Shown in pieces: positions 1 to 30,233 of a stretch of DNA of 64,000 bases; within the stretch, counting starts at the first letter, position 1, and every line of letters begins with the position of its first letter. The notes under the pieces were generated by a model that was not told the origin of the DNA, ran no database searches, and saw nothing but the letters and a program-made list of their open reading frames with translations. Source of the stretch: Phallusia mammillata (taxonomy: Eukaryota); the NCBI GenBank assembly GCA_965637545.1, contig OZ281497.1, positions 6,572,001 through 6,636,000 on the forward strand. The letters run 5' to 3'. The position numbers and the translations under genes were made by a program.

Positions 1-1953
1 GCATTGTACTTGAACAGAGACTTTGTTTGGCACAATAATACCACCAGATTTTAGAAAAGCTTTTGATTCTGCAATCATGCTCAATGCATTTGGACTAATA
101 AGGCCACTTGGTTCAATAATGTCTGATAATATCATATCAAATTTTGGTGTCCTGCTAACCACTGTATCTGCATCCGAAAACGCTATGTTGTTAATATTGT
201 TTTTGTTAGCAATTTGTTCATATGATTCTCGGATCTTAGCTGTTTGGCAGTGTTTCGTTACTTGTACTGTATCAGGCAAAGATGTGCAGATTTTAAGAGA
301 CATACAATCCAGCCCATTCGAGACATCAAGAACAGGCAGATGATTAGAGGCAACATGTTGACAAACTGCTTTTACATACAAATCACTGTAACCAGTATCA
401 TTGCATCTTGACACTTGTACTTCAGGTATGACAACATGCAAAAAATCTTCTGTGATTTCTGTTTCTTTTGTGAGCATCGCAGACAAGATTTGGGGGTATG
501 TTTTTGAACACTGCATTTCAAAACTTAATTTGTCAATGCTTTCCAGTTGAAATCTGTCGACATGTACAGAGAAGTGTGCACGTAAAATATCACTCGCTTG
601 TATTGAAAGTCGATTCTCTATTACTACTTTAGACTTTTCATCATTTGATGCTACTGCATATGACCGTACTGGATACACTGCTTGATCCCAACAAAAATTA
701 GAGCCACATTCAGTGTTAATTACATGTTTATGGTCAGCATCTAAATATAAGCGAAACCAAAGAACTATGCCATCCACATTACCATCACATAGATTATGAA
801 AATCAACTGATATAGGCATATGCTGACCACTCGCAATTCTGTGTAACATTGCTGGGTCAGTAAAATTTATATCAAACAGTTTGCTTGGCTCTGATAGCAT
901 TTTGTGTGGTATGTTCTTTAGGCGTTCGGAAGTGTAAGGCTCTATGTCGCATGTTGTTTTTAGGAATGGTAAATTCTGTTCTATATCCATGTCACATTTA
1001 CTTTTTCCAACATCATGCCCAACACCGCTTGTCACTAAAATATTTTTAAGGCACTGTGCACTGACTACAGTATGCTTCTTGAAAATTGCTTCACTTTCCA
1101 CCAAGGCACAATAAACAGTTGCAGAATGTGGAAGAACAGTTCCACCATTTCTTGAAGGTAGCAAAAGATTTTTCCATGCATGGTCCAATGCATCAACTAT
1201 GCCTTCTCCCAGTAACCCAGCATCTACAATTTCAGAAATCACAAGTGCAGCTCTTTCAGGTATCTGTGTTTCTGTATCAGAGCCTACAGATAGTTTTGCA
1301 GAGTCTGCATGAATTGCCACAATCTGCTCATCAAGGTCATTCACTTCAATGCATTCCTCTGCAACACTATGCATAACCTCTGAAATTTCACAACAGTGAA
1401 CTTTGGCAGCACCATTTTTGACAGCGAACATTCCTAAAAGGCCAGTTCCTGAACCAATATCTAGTATACAGTCATCCCAGTCCATTGATTCCAAAGTGAC
1501 CCTGATGGCATTGTTAAATATCTTGTTTCGTTTTGTATCATTTAGCATGGCGAAATGCCAACTATCAACAAGACCTCGGCAGGCATTTTCCAAGTTTACA
1601 AATGCTTCATGAGAATCTTTATTGATGAGTAAAGCTCTTCGAAACATGCCTGCTGCTTCAAATTTCATGTTCATTTGATGTAGACAACAGCCCATATATA
1701 AATGCAGTGCTTCTGATTCCATATAGGCCTCACAGCCTTGCTCATATAGAGAGAACAAGTCATTAGGCCGGTTTAGTTGATAGAGTTCTTGACACCACAT
1801 CTTCCACGCTTGACTAAAGTCTTCTTTAATTTGAGGCTTAATGTTAGGATTTAGTTTTAGCACAAGCAGGAAAAATGCATATGCCTTGCCATAGTTCTGA
1901 TTGTTCAAATTTAGCTGTGCTTCACTTAGATACAGGTTAAGTGCCTGTTCCAT
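1..1953 (-). CDS. PRMT9: Protein arginine methyltransferase 9, 5' part (651 codons, single uninterrupted exon, continues past the window start)
   Basis: ATG at 1953 (MEQALNLYLSEA...). Frame open to base 1 in the segments I translated by hand (most of the ORF). TPR-like N-terminus, then LVDSWHFAMLNDTKRNKIFNNAI, motif I LDIGSGTG, double-E loop VISEIVDAGLLGEG, EPYTSERL, CWDQAVYP, and a degenerate second MTase domain (FDMILSDIIEPSG...FLKSGGIIVP). These match PRMT9 motifs as I recall them. Confidence 0.95.
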   Translation of the reverse strand, partial: MEQALNLYLSEAQLNLNNQNYGKAYAFFLLVLKLNPNIKPQIKEDFSQAWKMWCQELYQLNRPNDLFSLYEQGCEAYMESEALHLYMGCCLHQMNMKFEAAGMFRRALLINKDSHEAFVNLENACRGLVDSWHFAMLNDTKRNKIFNNAIRVTLESMDWDDCILDIGSGTGLLGMFAVKNGAAKVHCCEISEVMHSVAEECIEVNDLDEQIVAIHADSAKLSVGSDTETQIPERAALVISEIVDAGLLGEGIVDALDHAWKNLLLPSRNGGTVLPHSATVYCALVESEAIFKKHTVVSAQCLKNILVTSGVGHDVGKSKCDMDIEQNLPFLKTTCDIEPYTSERLKNIPHKMLSEPSKLFDINFTDPAMLHRIASGQHMPISVDFHNLCDGNVDGIVLWFRLYLDADHKHVINTECGSNFCWDQAVYPVRSYAVASNDEKSKVVIENRLSIQASDILRAHFSVHVDRFQLESIDKLSFEMQCSKTYPQILSAMLTKETEITEDFLHVVIPEVQVSRCNDTGYSDLYVKAVCQHVASNHLPVLDVSNGLDCMSLKICTSLPDTVQVTKHCQTAKIRESYEQIANKNNINNIAFSDADTVVSRTPKFDMILSDIIEPSGLISPNALSMIAESKAFLKSGGIIVPNKVSVQVQC

Positions 1954-3054
1954 ATTTTTTACAGTAACAATACAAGCGTTAAATTTAAATCACCATTTTT
2001 TAAAGCACCTGTCAAAACCTTACCAAGAACGTACAATATTAAGCCTTGACTCCATTTGCATCAAAATGCATCACATACACTCAGAATTAATACCTAGTTA
2101 GTAAAAGTTGAGAAATAACACTTTTTTACAAGCAATTCGGTTTATAGCGGGCAGCGGCAAAACAAATAAATGAGGCACGCCAGAAATGTCTAACGAGTCA
2201 TTTTCCCACTTAGCTAAAATGCAACAAACAAATAACATCAATGACCAAACGCACTAAGTTTGTTATAGACTTACGGCCGCCGAAAATCCTAAATTTAAAG
2301 CAAAGTTAAGAACCTTTACCTCTGAATACCCAACAATACAACATCCGTTTGCAAGAAAAATACGTAACGCAATATGCTTGACATAAAACTCAGTCATGCG
2401 TCACGATAACTATGCACACGCTGTTGATCATCTGTGACGTCTTTAAAAACATATTCCTGTTTACATTTTATATTACAGGCCAAACAATATTAATCTATCT
2501 CCTCGTACGGGGTCATAAAAATACTTAAAATGTTTAGATGTTACTTCAGCAATGTGTTGATTTTTCTTCCTGTCTCCTGATTTCTGTCAATTTATATAAC
2601 TTTCCATGCTTCTGTTTTAGTAAGTAAATTTGTTTGTTTTATTAAGTTATAGAAGTCTATGGAATCATTTTTTGACTGAGTATGTTACAACTTTCATTGA
2701 TTAAACCCAATTTAGACAAAAAGGTATCATTTCAATACACTATTTCCCTAACATTAAGTTAATTTTCTCCTACAATGCTTTCTGTTGCACCTGCCTTAAT
2801 GGTCTTGTGCTATGGGCATGACTTTCCTATGCTTGTTTATTACGAAACACAATATGTAGAAAAAGATCACTGGGTCACAAGGGTGACTACCGGCAGTTTG
2901 AAACTATGTTATGCAGGAAAACGTTTCAAAAAACATGACATAGGGAAAGGCATTGTTTCAACATCAATGTATATACAAGTTGTAAGGTACTGAATACCCA
3001 ATGGAACCACAACTGTAGATTCTCACATAATCTTTGACAACAAGAAGGCTCTGT

Positions 3055-4575
<1,521 letters not shown>

Positions 4576-5181
4576 TTAACAAACCCAAAACTACAACGAA
4601 AATCAGATGGAACCTAAAGGAAAAAGAATATAGCACATCAGTTTAATATTGTATTTTAAGATAAAAAGGTTACTAGATTTTAGCAGAACTTCTTTTATGT
4701 ATCATAAAAAAAAACGCTCCTCAGTCCTTAAAAATGCAAGTAGAAAGGGTGAATTCTGTTGATGAGAACCTAATTACTTCAAATGGCAAAATATGTACAT
4801 TTAATACAATTTGAACAGCATCTTATGCTTCTTTTTTATTCAAATTATGTCATATACTGTTTTGTTATATAAAATTAGTAAAAAAGTGTCCAATAGTTAT
4901 TAACATATAGAAATAAACAACAAATCCTGAAAACAGTGGTAAAAAAACAGTAACATACTCGTTTTTTGTTTAGTGAATGACTAAGGGGGCTACTATTGTC
5001 TATTGATCTTTTAACACAATGAAGAGCAATTAACATGTTAAAATAAACGTAAGCAAAACTTATGTTGAATCATAAGAAACGTTTCTGGAAAAATAATCTA
5101 ACTGCCAACAAACACTACAACGCCAAAACTTTAAGGACATTTTCAAACTCTTCAATTGATCTTTTACCCGAACCAAAAACT

Positions 5182-5189
5182 TTTCCCGC
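5182..5189 (+). promoter_or_regulatory. E2F consensus site TTTCCCGC upstream of the RBBP4 CDS
   Basis: Exact TTTSSCGC match in a locally GC-richer patch of the RBBP4/PBDC1 divergent region. Function is inferred, not shown. Confidence 0.35.
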
Positions 5190-5329
5190 GAGGTTCCGTT
5201 CTCTCGGAGCAGATTCGTCCAATGAGTTAAAAATTAAATTCCCGTTTGTCACAAAGAAAATATGCTTTACTTTGGGATAATAAAACAACTTGCGAGTAAA
5301 TAAAATCTTACTAACGAGATGTTAAACAA

Positions 5330-5548
5330 TTCCAAATTACCTTTCATAAATAAGAAATACATTTTGAAAAAAAAACAGTTACATACTTACATCTTTTCGC
5401 ATATTATCTGGTGACATCTGTTCACTGATAGGATTTGATCACGTCCGTTATTGTTTTCACATCGATTCACAAACACACGTTGATTTTCGACTGTTGTTTT
5501 CAATCCACAATTGTCTTTTAATTTATCAAGCAAAACTTTTGCGATAAG
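5330..5548. promoter_or_regulatory. Probable bidirectional promoter of RBBP4 (minus) and PBDC1 (plus)
   Basis: A minus-strand donor GTAAGTATGT at 5390 (candidate non-coding RBBP4 exon, acceptor near 4614) lies ~160 bp from the PBDC1 ATG at 5549. The genes are head-to-head. Confidence 0.45.
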
Positions 5549-6691
5549 ATGGGAGACAGTTACGGAAATAGCGTAAGTACTTTTGTAAATGTCAAACAAA
5601 ACAATATATTGTGCAATCGTGAAAACCTTGTATTATCTGTGATAAAAAACATGTTTATGGTGTTTATAATTATAAGGCATTGGTCAAATGCAAAATCATG
5701 TAAAACATGTTTTAATTGTTTCAGGAATCGGTGGAACACGCATGGGCCTATAAAGCAATGGGTGAGGCAGACACACATTACAATGTATGTTAGATTTTGT
5801 TTCAAAATCTTTGCAATCCTTTAAATAAACCATTTGTGGGATTGTATGGTGCTTTTGACTGTCTAAAATTATTGGTGCACATTGCACAACTACAAATGCA
5901 TTTATAATTATACACCTTTAAACTTGCTGTAATTTTAACTTAATCTAATGTGTGTTGTTTGCAGATAATAACATCAGTTGATCCAGATTTTCTTACACTA
6001 TCTGAACAAGATGATAAAATATATGAAGAATTCCGGTCCAGTTTTCCAGACTTCGACATAAACATGATCAATGAAGATGAAATGAAAAGTGCTGAAGGAA
6101 AAAAGGTGCATTTAACAATGTTTCAAATAAACCATATTATCTAGTCTAGGCCTTTCAATTGTTTTAATGTGAAAGAGCATTCGCTTAAAAACGTTTGCAA
6201 TGGACTTGTTAACATATACATAACAAGACTTTGTTTTAGAAATGGAGAACATTTTGCAACAAGTTTGATTCCATGCAAAATTTTAATTATGGTTGTTTAG
6301 TGAGAATCAATCCCATGGAAGATTACAATGCAAACAACTGCACTTTTGGCAAGTAAAACACATGAATGTTGTTTCAGTTACCTTATTTTCCTGACTGTTT
6401 GCATTTGTTCACTATCAAGCTTGTACTAAACAAAATACATGTATTTGTTACTAACACAGTATTTAGCAAATATATATTAAATGTACATAAGTCTAATTAC
6501 AATTATTGTTTTGTTTAAAAACAGCTACGCACATCCAATACCTAGCCATAGAAATTGCCCGCAACCGTGAAGGAATAACAAAGAAGCTCTATTGCAAAGC
6601 TTTGGCTGAGCGGCGTGCAAGACGGTTGGCAGGAGTAACCAGTATGGAAAAACTTAAAAGCATGGCAGGAGAAATAACTGGAGCGAAGTAG
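5549..6691 (+). CDS. PBDC1: PBDC1 (polysaccharide biosynthesis domain-containing 1 / CXorf26 family), 166 aa; exons 5549-5572, 5725-5784, 5965-6105, 6240-6348, 6525-6691
   Basis: Spliced product MGDSYGNS|ESVEHAWAYKAMGEADTHYN|IITSVDPDFLTLSEQDDKIYEEFRSSF...KSAEGKK|KWRTFCNKF...NFNYGCLVRI...NCTF|ATHIQYLAIEIARNREG matches PBDC1 (SYGND..AWA..YY.LISSVDP..DDQIYSEFR..KWRPFC..RIQFFAIEIARNREG). Intron 4 must be GC-AG. Confidence 0.92.
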
Positions 6692-6854
6692 CTCTGTTGA
6701 AAACTTGGTAGCCACAGGATTGGCTAAATGTTACCATCCAAACTGAGGGTAAATGGAGCTAGGGTTCCTGTTTTCCAATCGGGGAAAAATTGCCTTTTAA
6801 AAATGCATTTTACTGGATTTAATTGAAAGAACTCAATAGGTTTATCAGTACAGG

Positions 6855-7190
6855 CAGGGTTGCCATACCGTCCTTATTTCTAAGATTTGTCCTTATTTTG
6901 GGGGGTTATGTCTTAGAAAATGTCGTAGTCCTTATTTCTAAGAAATGTCCTTATTTTCATCAATTACACGTCAAATCCTTGCTACAAGTAAAAGTAAACC
7001 TAGACCTGTTGTGAGATGCACGAAGTACTTTCTATGAACAAGGAGTTAATGGAACAGCTTGTTTCCGACCAAAATATTGCCAATGATATGTGTAAGTGCA
7101 AAGATTTGTTCAAAACGTTTGTTTCGTGTCATATGAAAATTTAATTTTTCGGTTGTCCTTATTTTTGGTTTCAAATCGATGGCAACCCTG
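6855..7190. mobile_element. Non-autonomous hAT MITE, 336 bp
   Basis: TIRs CAGGGTTGCCAT / ATGGCAACCCTG. Perfect 8-bp TSD AGTACAGG (6847-6854 and 7191-7198). Internal repeated GTCCTTATTT motifs. Confidence 0.93.
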
Positions 7191-7546
7191 AGTACAGGTC
7201 TACTTTTGTTGAATCAAACTATGTATGCAATTTGTTGCTTTTGTTGTGGTTAGTACTGTATATTGTAGAGTCCCCCTGCAGTGAGGTAATCGAAAATGAT
7301 AAGCGCACTGTTGACCTAATAAATCAACATCTACATGTTTGCAGCGTAAAAAAAAACAAAAAAATGTCAGAACGTCCATCTCCTTGTTGTACACACTTCG
7401 CATATAGGAGTCATATTAAAACACTCTTTTCAATCAGCACTATACGTTCTTGAAACTGTGTTGCTACAGCTGTTTCACCAGACCGCTAACACTTCAAGAT
7501 GCGTAGCTTGAACCAAAATGTGTTTTATGAATTTGAGTGCTATGGC

Positions 7547-7741
7547 CAGTGCTGGATTAAGGGTCTGCTGGCCTGTAGGCACATTTTATAAGTGGCCCGA
7601 AAATCAGGGTTGCCAACTAAAAAAATAGAATTATCAGTGTTGCCAAATCATTGTCACAAAGATCGTTGTTGCAAAGTGGCCTGGATTTTTGACTGGCCTG
7701 TAGGCACGTGTCTAGTTTGCCTAATGGTTAATCCGGCACTG
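7547..7741. mobile_element. Non-autonomous hAT MITE, 195 bp
   Basis: TIRs CAGTGCTGGATTAA / TTAATCCGGCACTG. TSD GCTATGGC / GATATGGC (7 of 8). Subterminal TGGCCTGTAGGCAC occurs twice. Confidence 0.85.
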
Positions 7742-8128
7742 GATATGGCTGGTTGTAGAGACTTTAAACGTTAAAAGACACAGTTATTGACTCGCCCAAG
7801 CCACATTAAACGAAAAAGCGGGATGTAGATTGTTTATCCAAGCACGGTTTGCCCAAAAACCATTCTATTGGAAAAAACGACTCACGTATAACAATACGTG
7901 CATCATTTACTTTTGTTTACGCAGCGTTTTGCAACAGGCCAAATTCCACGCGAGCGCATATGATCTTCAGCTAATGTTCATAACTTACAGTCTAGTCATA
8001 AACCTTTCAATCCGATTTCCTAATATAAAAAGGGGAGTAACAGACGAGCCTGTCTCGCGTTTTCCAAGTATTACGAGGTGTGATACACGAGTGAATGACT
8101 CTTATTGGCATTTAGTTGGCAGTAGCAG

Positions 8129-9679
8129 ATGTACAACATTATGTCCAGCAGCAAGGAACAATCTTCTGATAAAAAATCGTTGTGCGAACCTCAAACTTCG
8201 AAATTGCACCAGGGCTGGCCAGTTTTTAACCCAGGCGCCCAGTTAAAGTTTCCAAACATACAGAAGAAAAATAATCAAAAGAAATTGCAAAGACATGTTT
8301 CAGAAGGCAAGCTCCGAAGGTAACGTATTAGTCTAAATTAAATTGATCGTGAATTGTTCGTGTTTAGAGGACACGGCATTGACAATCCTAATGAAATCTT
8401 CATGAAATGAGTTCATGCACTAATCGAAGACACTTTCAGTCGATTTTAAAAATAAAAGGCATCTTGAAGATTTTAACATACAAATAATGCAAAAAATGAA
8501 CGCATTGTTTCACTTCACAAGAACTGACTGTATATTTTTGGGACTATTTAGAACTAAATATTCTCTGCGACAAACTGTATTATACTAAACATAAAACGGA
8601 GCAGTACACACAAGGTTAAGATTTTCTGCTTAGGGCTTTCAATATGTAATATGTTTGTTCATTGTTAGTTGCCCTTCCAGCAAAAGAACTAGCCGCACAT
8701 CAAACCTCGACAAAGGGAGGTCGGCTTCGGAATCCGCTTTTCAACATGAAGACAACCAACCACTGATTAGCAAGTAAGATATGAATTCAGAAAACAGACA
8801 TTTATGATCCCTCAAAGTTCATGTTGATCAGACGTTTAAAGCTTGCGGCTCACTAACATAAACACATTGCTGAAAGAAACTCCATAAAGGTTGTGAAAAG
8901 AAATAATTTGCAGTTTTAATGTCGATGCGAATGATTCTGGTAAAAATAAGGTTTAGGCAAAGTCACGTACAATTGAAACGCATTTCACCATTAAACAGAA
9001 ACGCATGAGACTCTGGCAAAACGCATTTTGCGAACCACTAAAAACTCTCTCGATGTCGAACAGAGTGCCACCGTACAGTACACTGTCTTGAAAAGCTTTG
9101 CTTTAGGTCTAAATAGCCTTACTGTTCATAACCGTATTAAACGTTCGGATCTTTCAACCTTAGTACCTTACATTAAAGTTAAACGAATGTTACATCCAGG
9201 TACTTTAAACTAATATTAAAGTGAACGAAACACGGTCATCGCTACGTTAAACATTGTATCGTACTGATACTAAACATTGATAAACAGTCATTTTGGTGAT
9301 ATCATAAGATTTTTAATGCCATACGGCTACTTAATTGTTGTTCCGAAATCACCTTTAAGTAGCGGTATTTGTTGTTTTATCGCACCACACTGTCAAATCT
9401 ACCGTCATATCAATAGAAACTACAACCTTAAACTCTTTATCAAGGGATTTCAAGGAAAGCATTATCGAGGAAGATCCAGCAGAAAATGCCAAAAACACTT
9501 TGCCGCCAATGGTCCTTCCATCTCTGTTCAACACCAAGCCCTTCAACTTCCAGAAAATTAACGCCGGAAAGCAACGACAGCCATCGCTTGACCCGTTTCA
9601 CTTCAGCAACAAAAAAGCAATAAGAAGACGCACAGAGATAGAGAAGAAAAACATATCCCGGCAAACTTCACACGATTAA
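8129..9679 (+). CDS. Uncharacterised basic, Ser/Lys/Arg-rich protein, ~168-172 aa; exons 8129-8319, 8681-8773, 9445-9679
   Basis: Three stop-free segments joined by canonical phase-2 introns (AG|GTAACG...TTCCAG|C and AA|GTAAGA...ATCAAG|G). Product: MSSSKEQSSDKKSLCEPQTSKLHQGWPVFNPGAQLKFPNIQKKNNQKKLQRHVSEGKLRSKRTSRTSNLDKGRSASESAFQHEDNQPLISKDFKESIIEEDPAENAKNTLPPMVLPSLFNTKPFNFQKINAGKQRQPSLDPFHFSNKKAIRRRTEIEKKNISRQTSHD*. No family recognised. Confidence 0.7.
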
Positions 9680-11459
9680 ACAATTTGTAACACATATCTT
9701 TGTAGTAATCTTGGAACTTCATCAAAGACAACGTCAATATTACCGTAGGCCTAGTCTTTTTTATCCAAGTGTGAATAGCGGATAAATCACAATTTTGCTG
9801 CTCAAATATTGGGCACTGTAGTTTAAATTGAGTATCGTTTGTTATACACTGAATTTATTTTGTTTTCACATATATATAGTGAAAACATTTTTCTGTAACT
9901 TGGACAAAATTTGTTTTGTAACCACCCCAAAACTACTACGAATAATTTCTGCCTTGGCATGAGTGCATTAATTTGTTATAACTTAACGTTTTACAGTCAC
10001 ACTGTATCAATATACAATGTTTATACCACCCCTTATTAAAAATGCAGTCTCTTCTGAGCAGTTGCAATTGAAATTTCACTGCCTATACATTCATGTTAGA
10101 TATTTCGAGTAAATTATACTACAGATTTGTAACAAGCACATGCTGGTATTAAATATTTGTCAATTAGTTCTATGAATAAATATTGGGAAAACTGTTTGTG
10201 TGGTAGTTTATGTACACACTACACACTTATGGTTTGACAAGAAATTATACAAAACGTTTTGATAGAACGGTTATACAAAACTGGTTAATTTAGCAGGTGA
10301 AAGCACAGCATAGCTAGGTTAGAGTTGTTTAAATAATGTGCTGCAAAACTTAAAAAAGGCACACTATCCTTCCTTGGGAGCAAAGGGGGCTACATCCCCA
10401 GACATTTTATCACAACATAAGTATTTCTGCACTTAATTTAAACTTGAAACAAAACTTATGCTATTGCTACATACCATCCTTTGACTTTCACCACTCTCTC
10501 AATACAAATTGTGTTTATATCTGGTGCAACTTTGACGTGTATGAACAATAGATGACATTGTACGGCGTCCTTAGAGTTAGAAATGCAAAGATAGTTACAA
10601 ACCCATGCCAAGATCAAAGTCAACTTCAAGCGATCTTGTCCACACAATCACTGCCGAACTGTTACAAAGTTTGCTGCGGGACAAATTGGCGGTAACTTTT
10701 TGGCCATAGAAATTTACATCAAAATGCAAATATTTTTTTTTAATTTTTACCCTAAAATGTCGTTTTAAACTACAACTTGTTTAAAAATACCTAAAACTAT
10801 TTAAAAAGTACTAAAAATTCTATTTGAACTAATCAAACTATGTTTTTAAAAAAATAAAAATAAAAGATAAATTCTCAATCGTTGTGATTTTTTTCTCGTT
10901 GATTTTCTTTATTTGTTTGGAAAACTTTTGACTTGAGTCATAAAACAAATATTAATTCGGATTTAGATTTTACTTCGAACTATTCAGAGTCTCCTCTTCT
11001 ATCTAAACTCTCTGGTGATTTGGATTTTAGTTTTTGGAAGAGCAATTGTTGACCGAAACGCAGATTTCACAGAGTAATACAAGAATAAAACAGGCCTTTA
11101 AGCCTGGATGCCTATTATGTGGTTTGGTTTTGAAACTTATTGCTTGTATGCAGGCCTTTAATTTTTCCATTGCTCTACGAATTATAATGTGACAAGGGTT
11201 GGATAACGGCCTAAGGAACAGATTTGATCAGAACTAAAAGATTAACCCTATTTCAAAGAAAAAATGGATATTATTATGATTAGAAGTATATACATATATG
11301 CATTGCCCAGGGTAAGACTATTGTGGTTTGAAATTTGTGAAAGTTATATTTTTGATTTTTTTGCAATATAATAACACATTTTTTTCTCTGTTTAGGTTTT
11401 ATTTTGTAGTAAAAATAGCAACTACTATCGTTTAGCAACTTTTGTTTAAACACCCAGTG

Positions 11460-29215
<17,756 letters not shown>

Positions 29216-29614
29216 AAATCACCAGCCTGCCTCATTGTCTACGTTGCAAACGCAATGGTTTGAAATCCTTCTATTCAAAACACCACCTGGGATATTTTTG
29301 CAATAACTAATGCCAATGTAAAAACAAGTTGGACAAAATTGTGTTGTTTTGTGTACGACACGTGGTTATAAACCGTTGTTTCTTTGAGGAAAAGGCGTTA
29401 TTATATGGTTGGTTCCAAATCAAGTGGATTAAAGAAAAAAAGAAGTAGCTCAAATTTCGTCAAAAACATTCTGCCGCTGGGCTTTAAACACTGTAAAAAT
29501 TGGCTGACGCTTTCTGCACTACATTCTTCTTGTTTGTGTCAAATTTACAACGAAATAACTTGTTTCGTTTTCGGAAAAGAGATTCAATTTGTTTTCTGTA
29601 AAAAGCTTTGACAA

Positions 29615-29790
29615 TCGGATTATAATACCCGACTAGGATTCGGATGCAAGATATAAAACAAATCGGATACCCGGATCCGAAAAGCTGCGAATTCGGATAT
29701 AATTTTTTTTAAACGGACCTGGATTCGAAAAGGATTCGGCTATGATATTCTGAAAACGAATCGGTTACCCGAATCTCCACCGGTATTTCG
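29615..29790. repeat. Cluster of GATTCG(G)/CGAAT/ATCGGAT motifs, probably a MITE remnant without termini
   Basis: About ten short motif copies in both orientations, resembling the subterminal repeats of the 11879-12397 element. No TIR or TSD found. Confidence 0.45.
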
Positions 29791-30233
29791 TTTCTGCCAA
29801 TTCAATACTTTGTAACTTTAGTTTGTATTTCAAGTATACTGGGTCCAAATTCACGTTATGTAGTGCACATATGAAAATCGCAGTTATTAAGTTTTTTTTC
29901 CTGTATCACATATAAGTTTTATGTTCCAATGGATAAAATTATCTACACCACCGTCTGTGTTGTCCTGGTAAACTTCATGTCAAATGTGTTTCAATTGTTG
30001 ATTTTTATCTCTGTATTTTCCCTATAACGATTTTTCGTGTCGGAAAAACAATATGAACTGAGTAATGCTGGCGTTCTTGCTTTCAAAACCCTTTTTATTT
30101 GGAAGTCAGTTTGTTTTCACTGACTTCTGTTTCTTGTAACACTCAATGAAATTTGGCCCACCGTTGAACTGCAATGTTAACCTTATTTACATTATTTACA
30201 TTAGTTTGTAAAAATATCCCATTTTATCGTTGT

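Noticed and set aside
23-2101. Plus-strand ORFs in the track over the first 2.1 kb
   Set aside because: Antisense shadows of PRMT9 with no recognisable motifs.
1954-3054. RBBP4-PRMT9 as a trans-spliced operon
   Set aside because: The 1.1-kb spacer contains a GC-richer promoter-like patch (~2340-2440) and apparent 5' UTR introns, which fits an independent PRMT9 promoter better. It cannot be excluded without SL data.
29216-30233. Overlapping 3' UTRs of convergent tankyrase and KANK
   Set aside because: Candidate poly(A) signals exist for each gene before they meet (ATTAAA ~29428 plus; AATAAA ~30100 minus), so overlap is not required.
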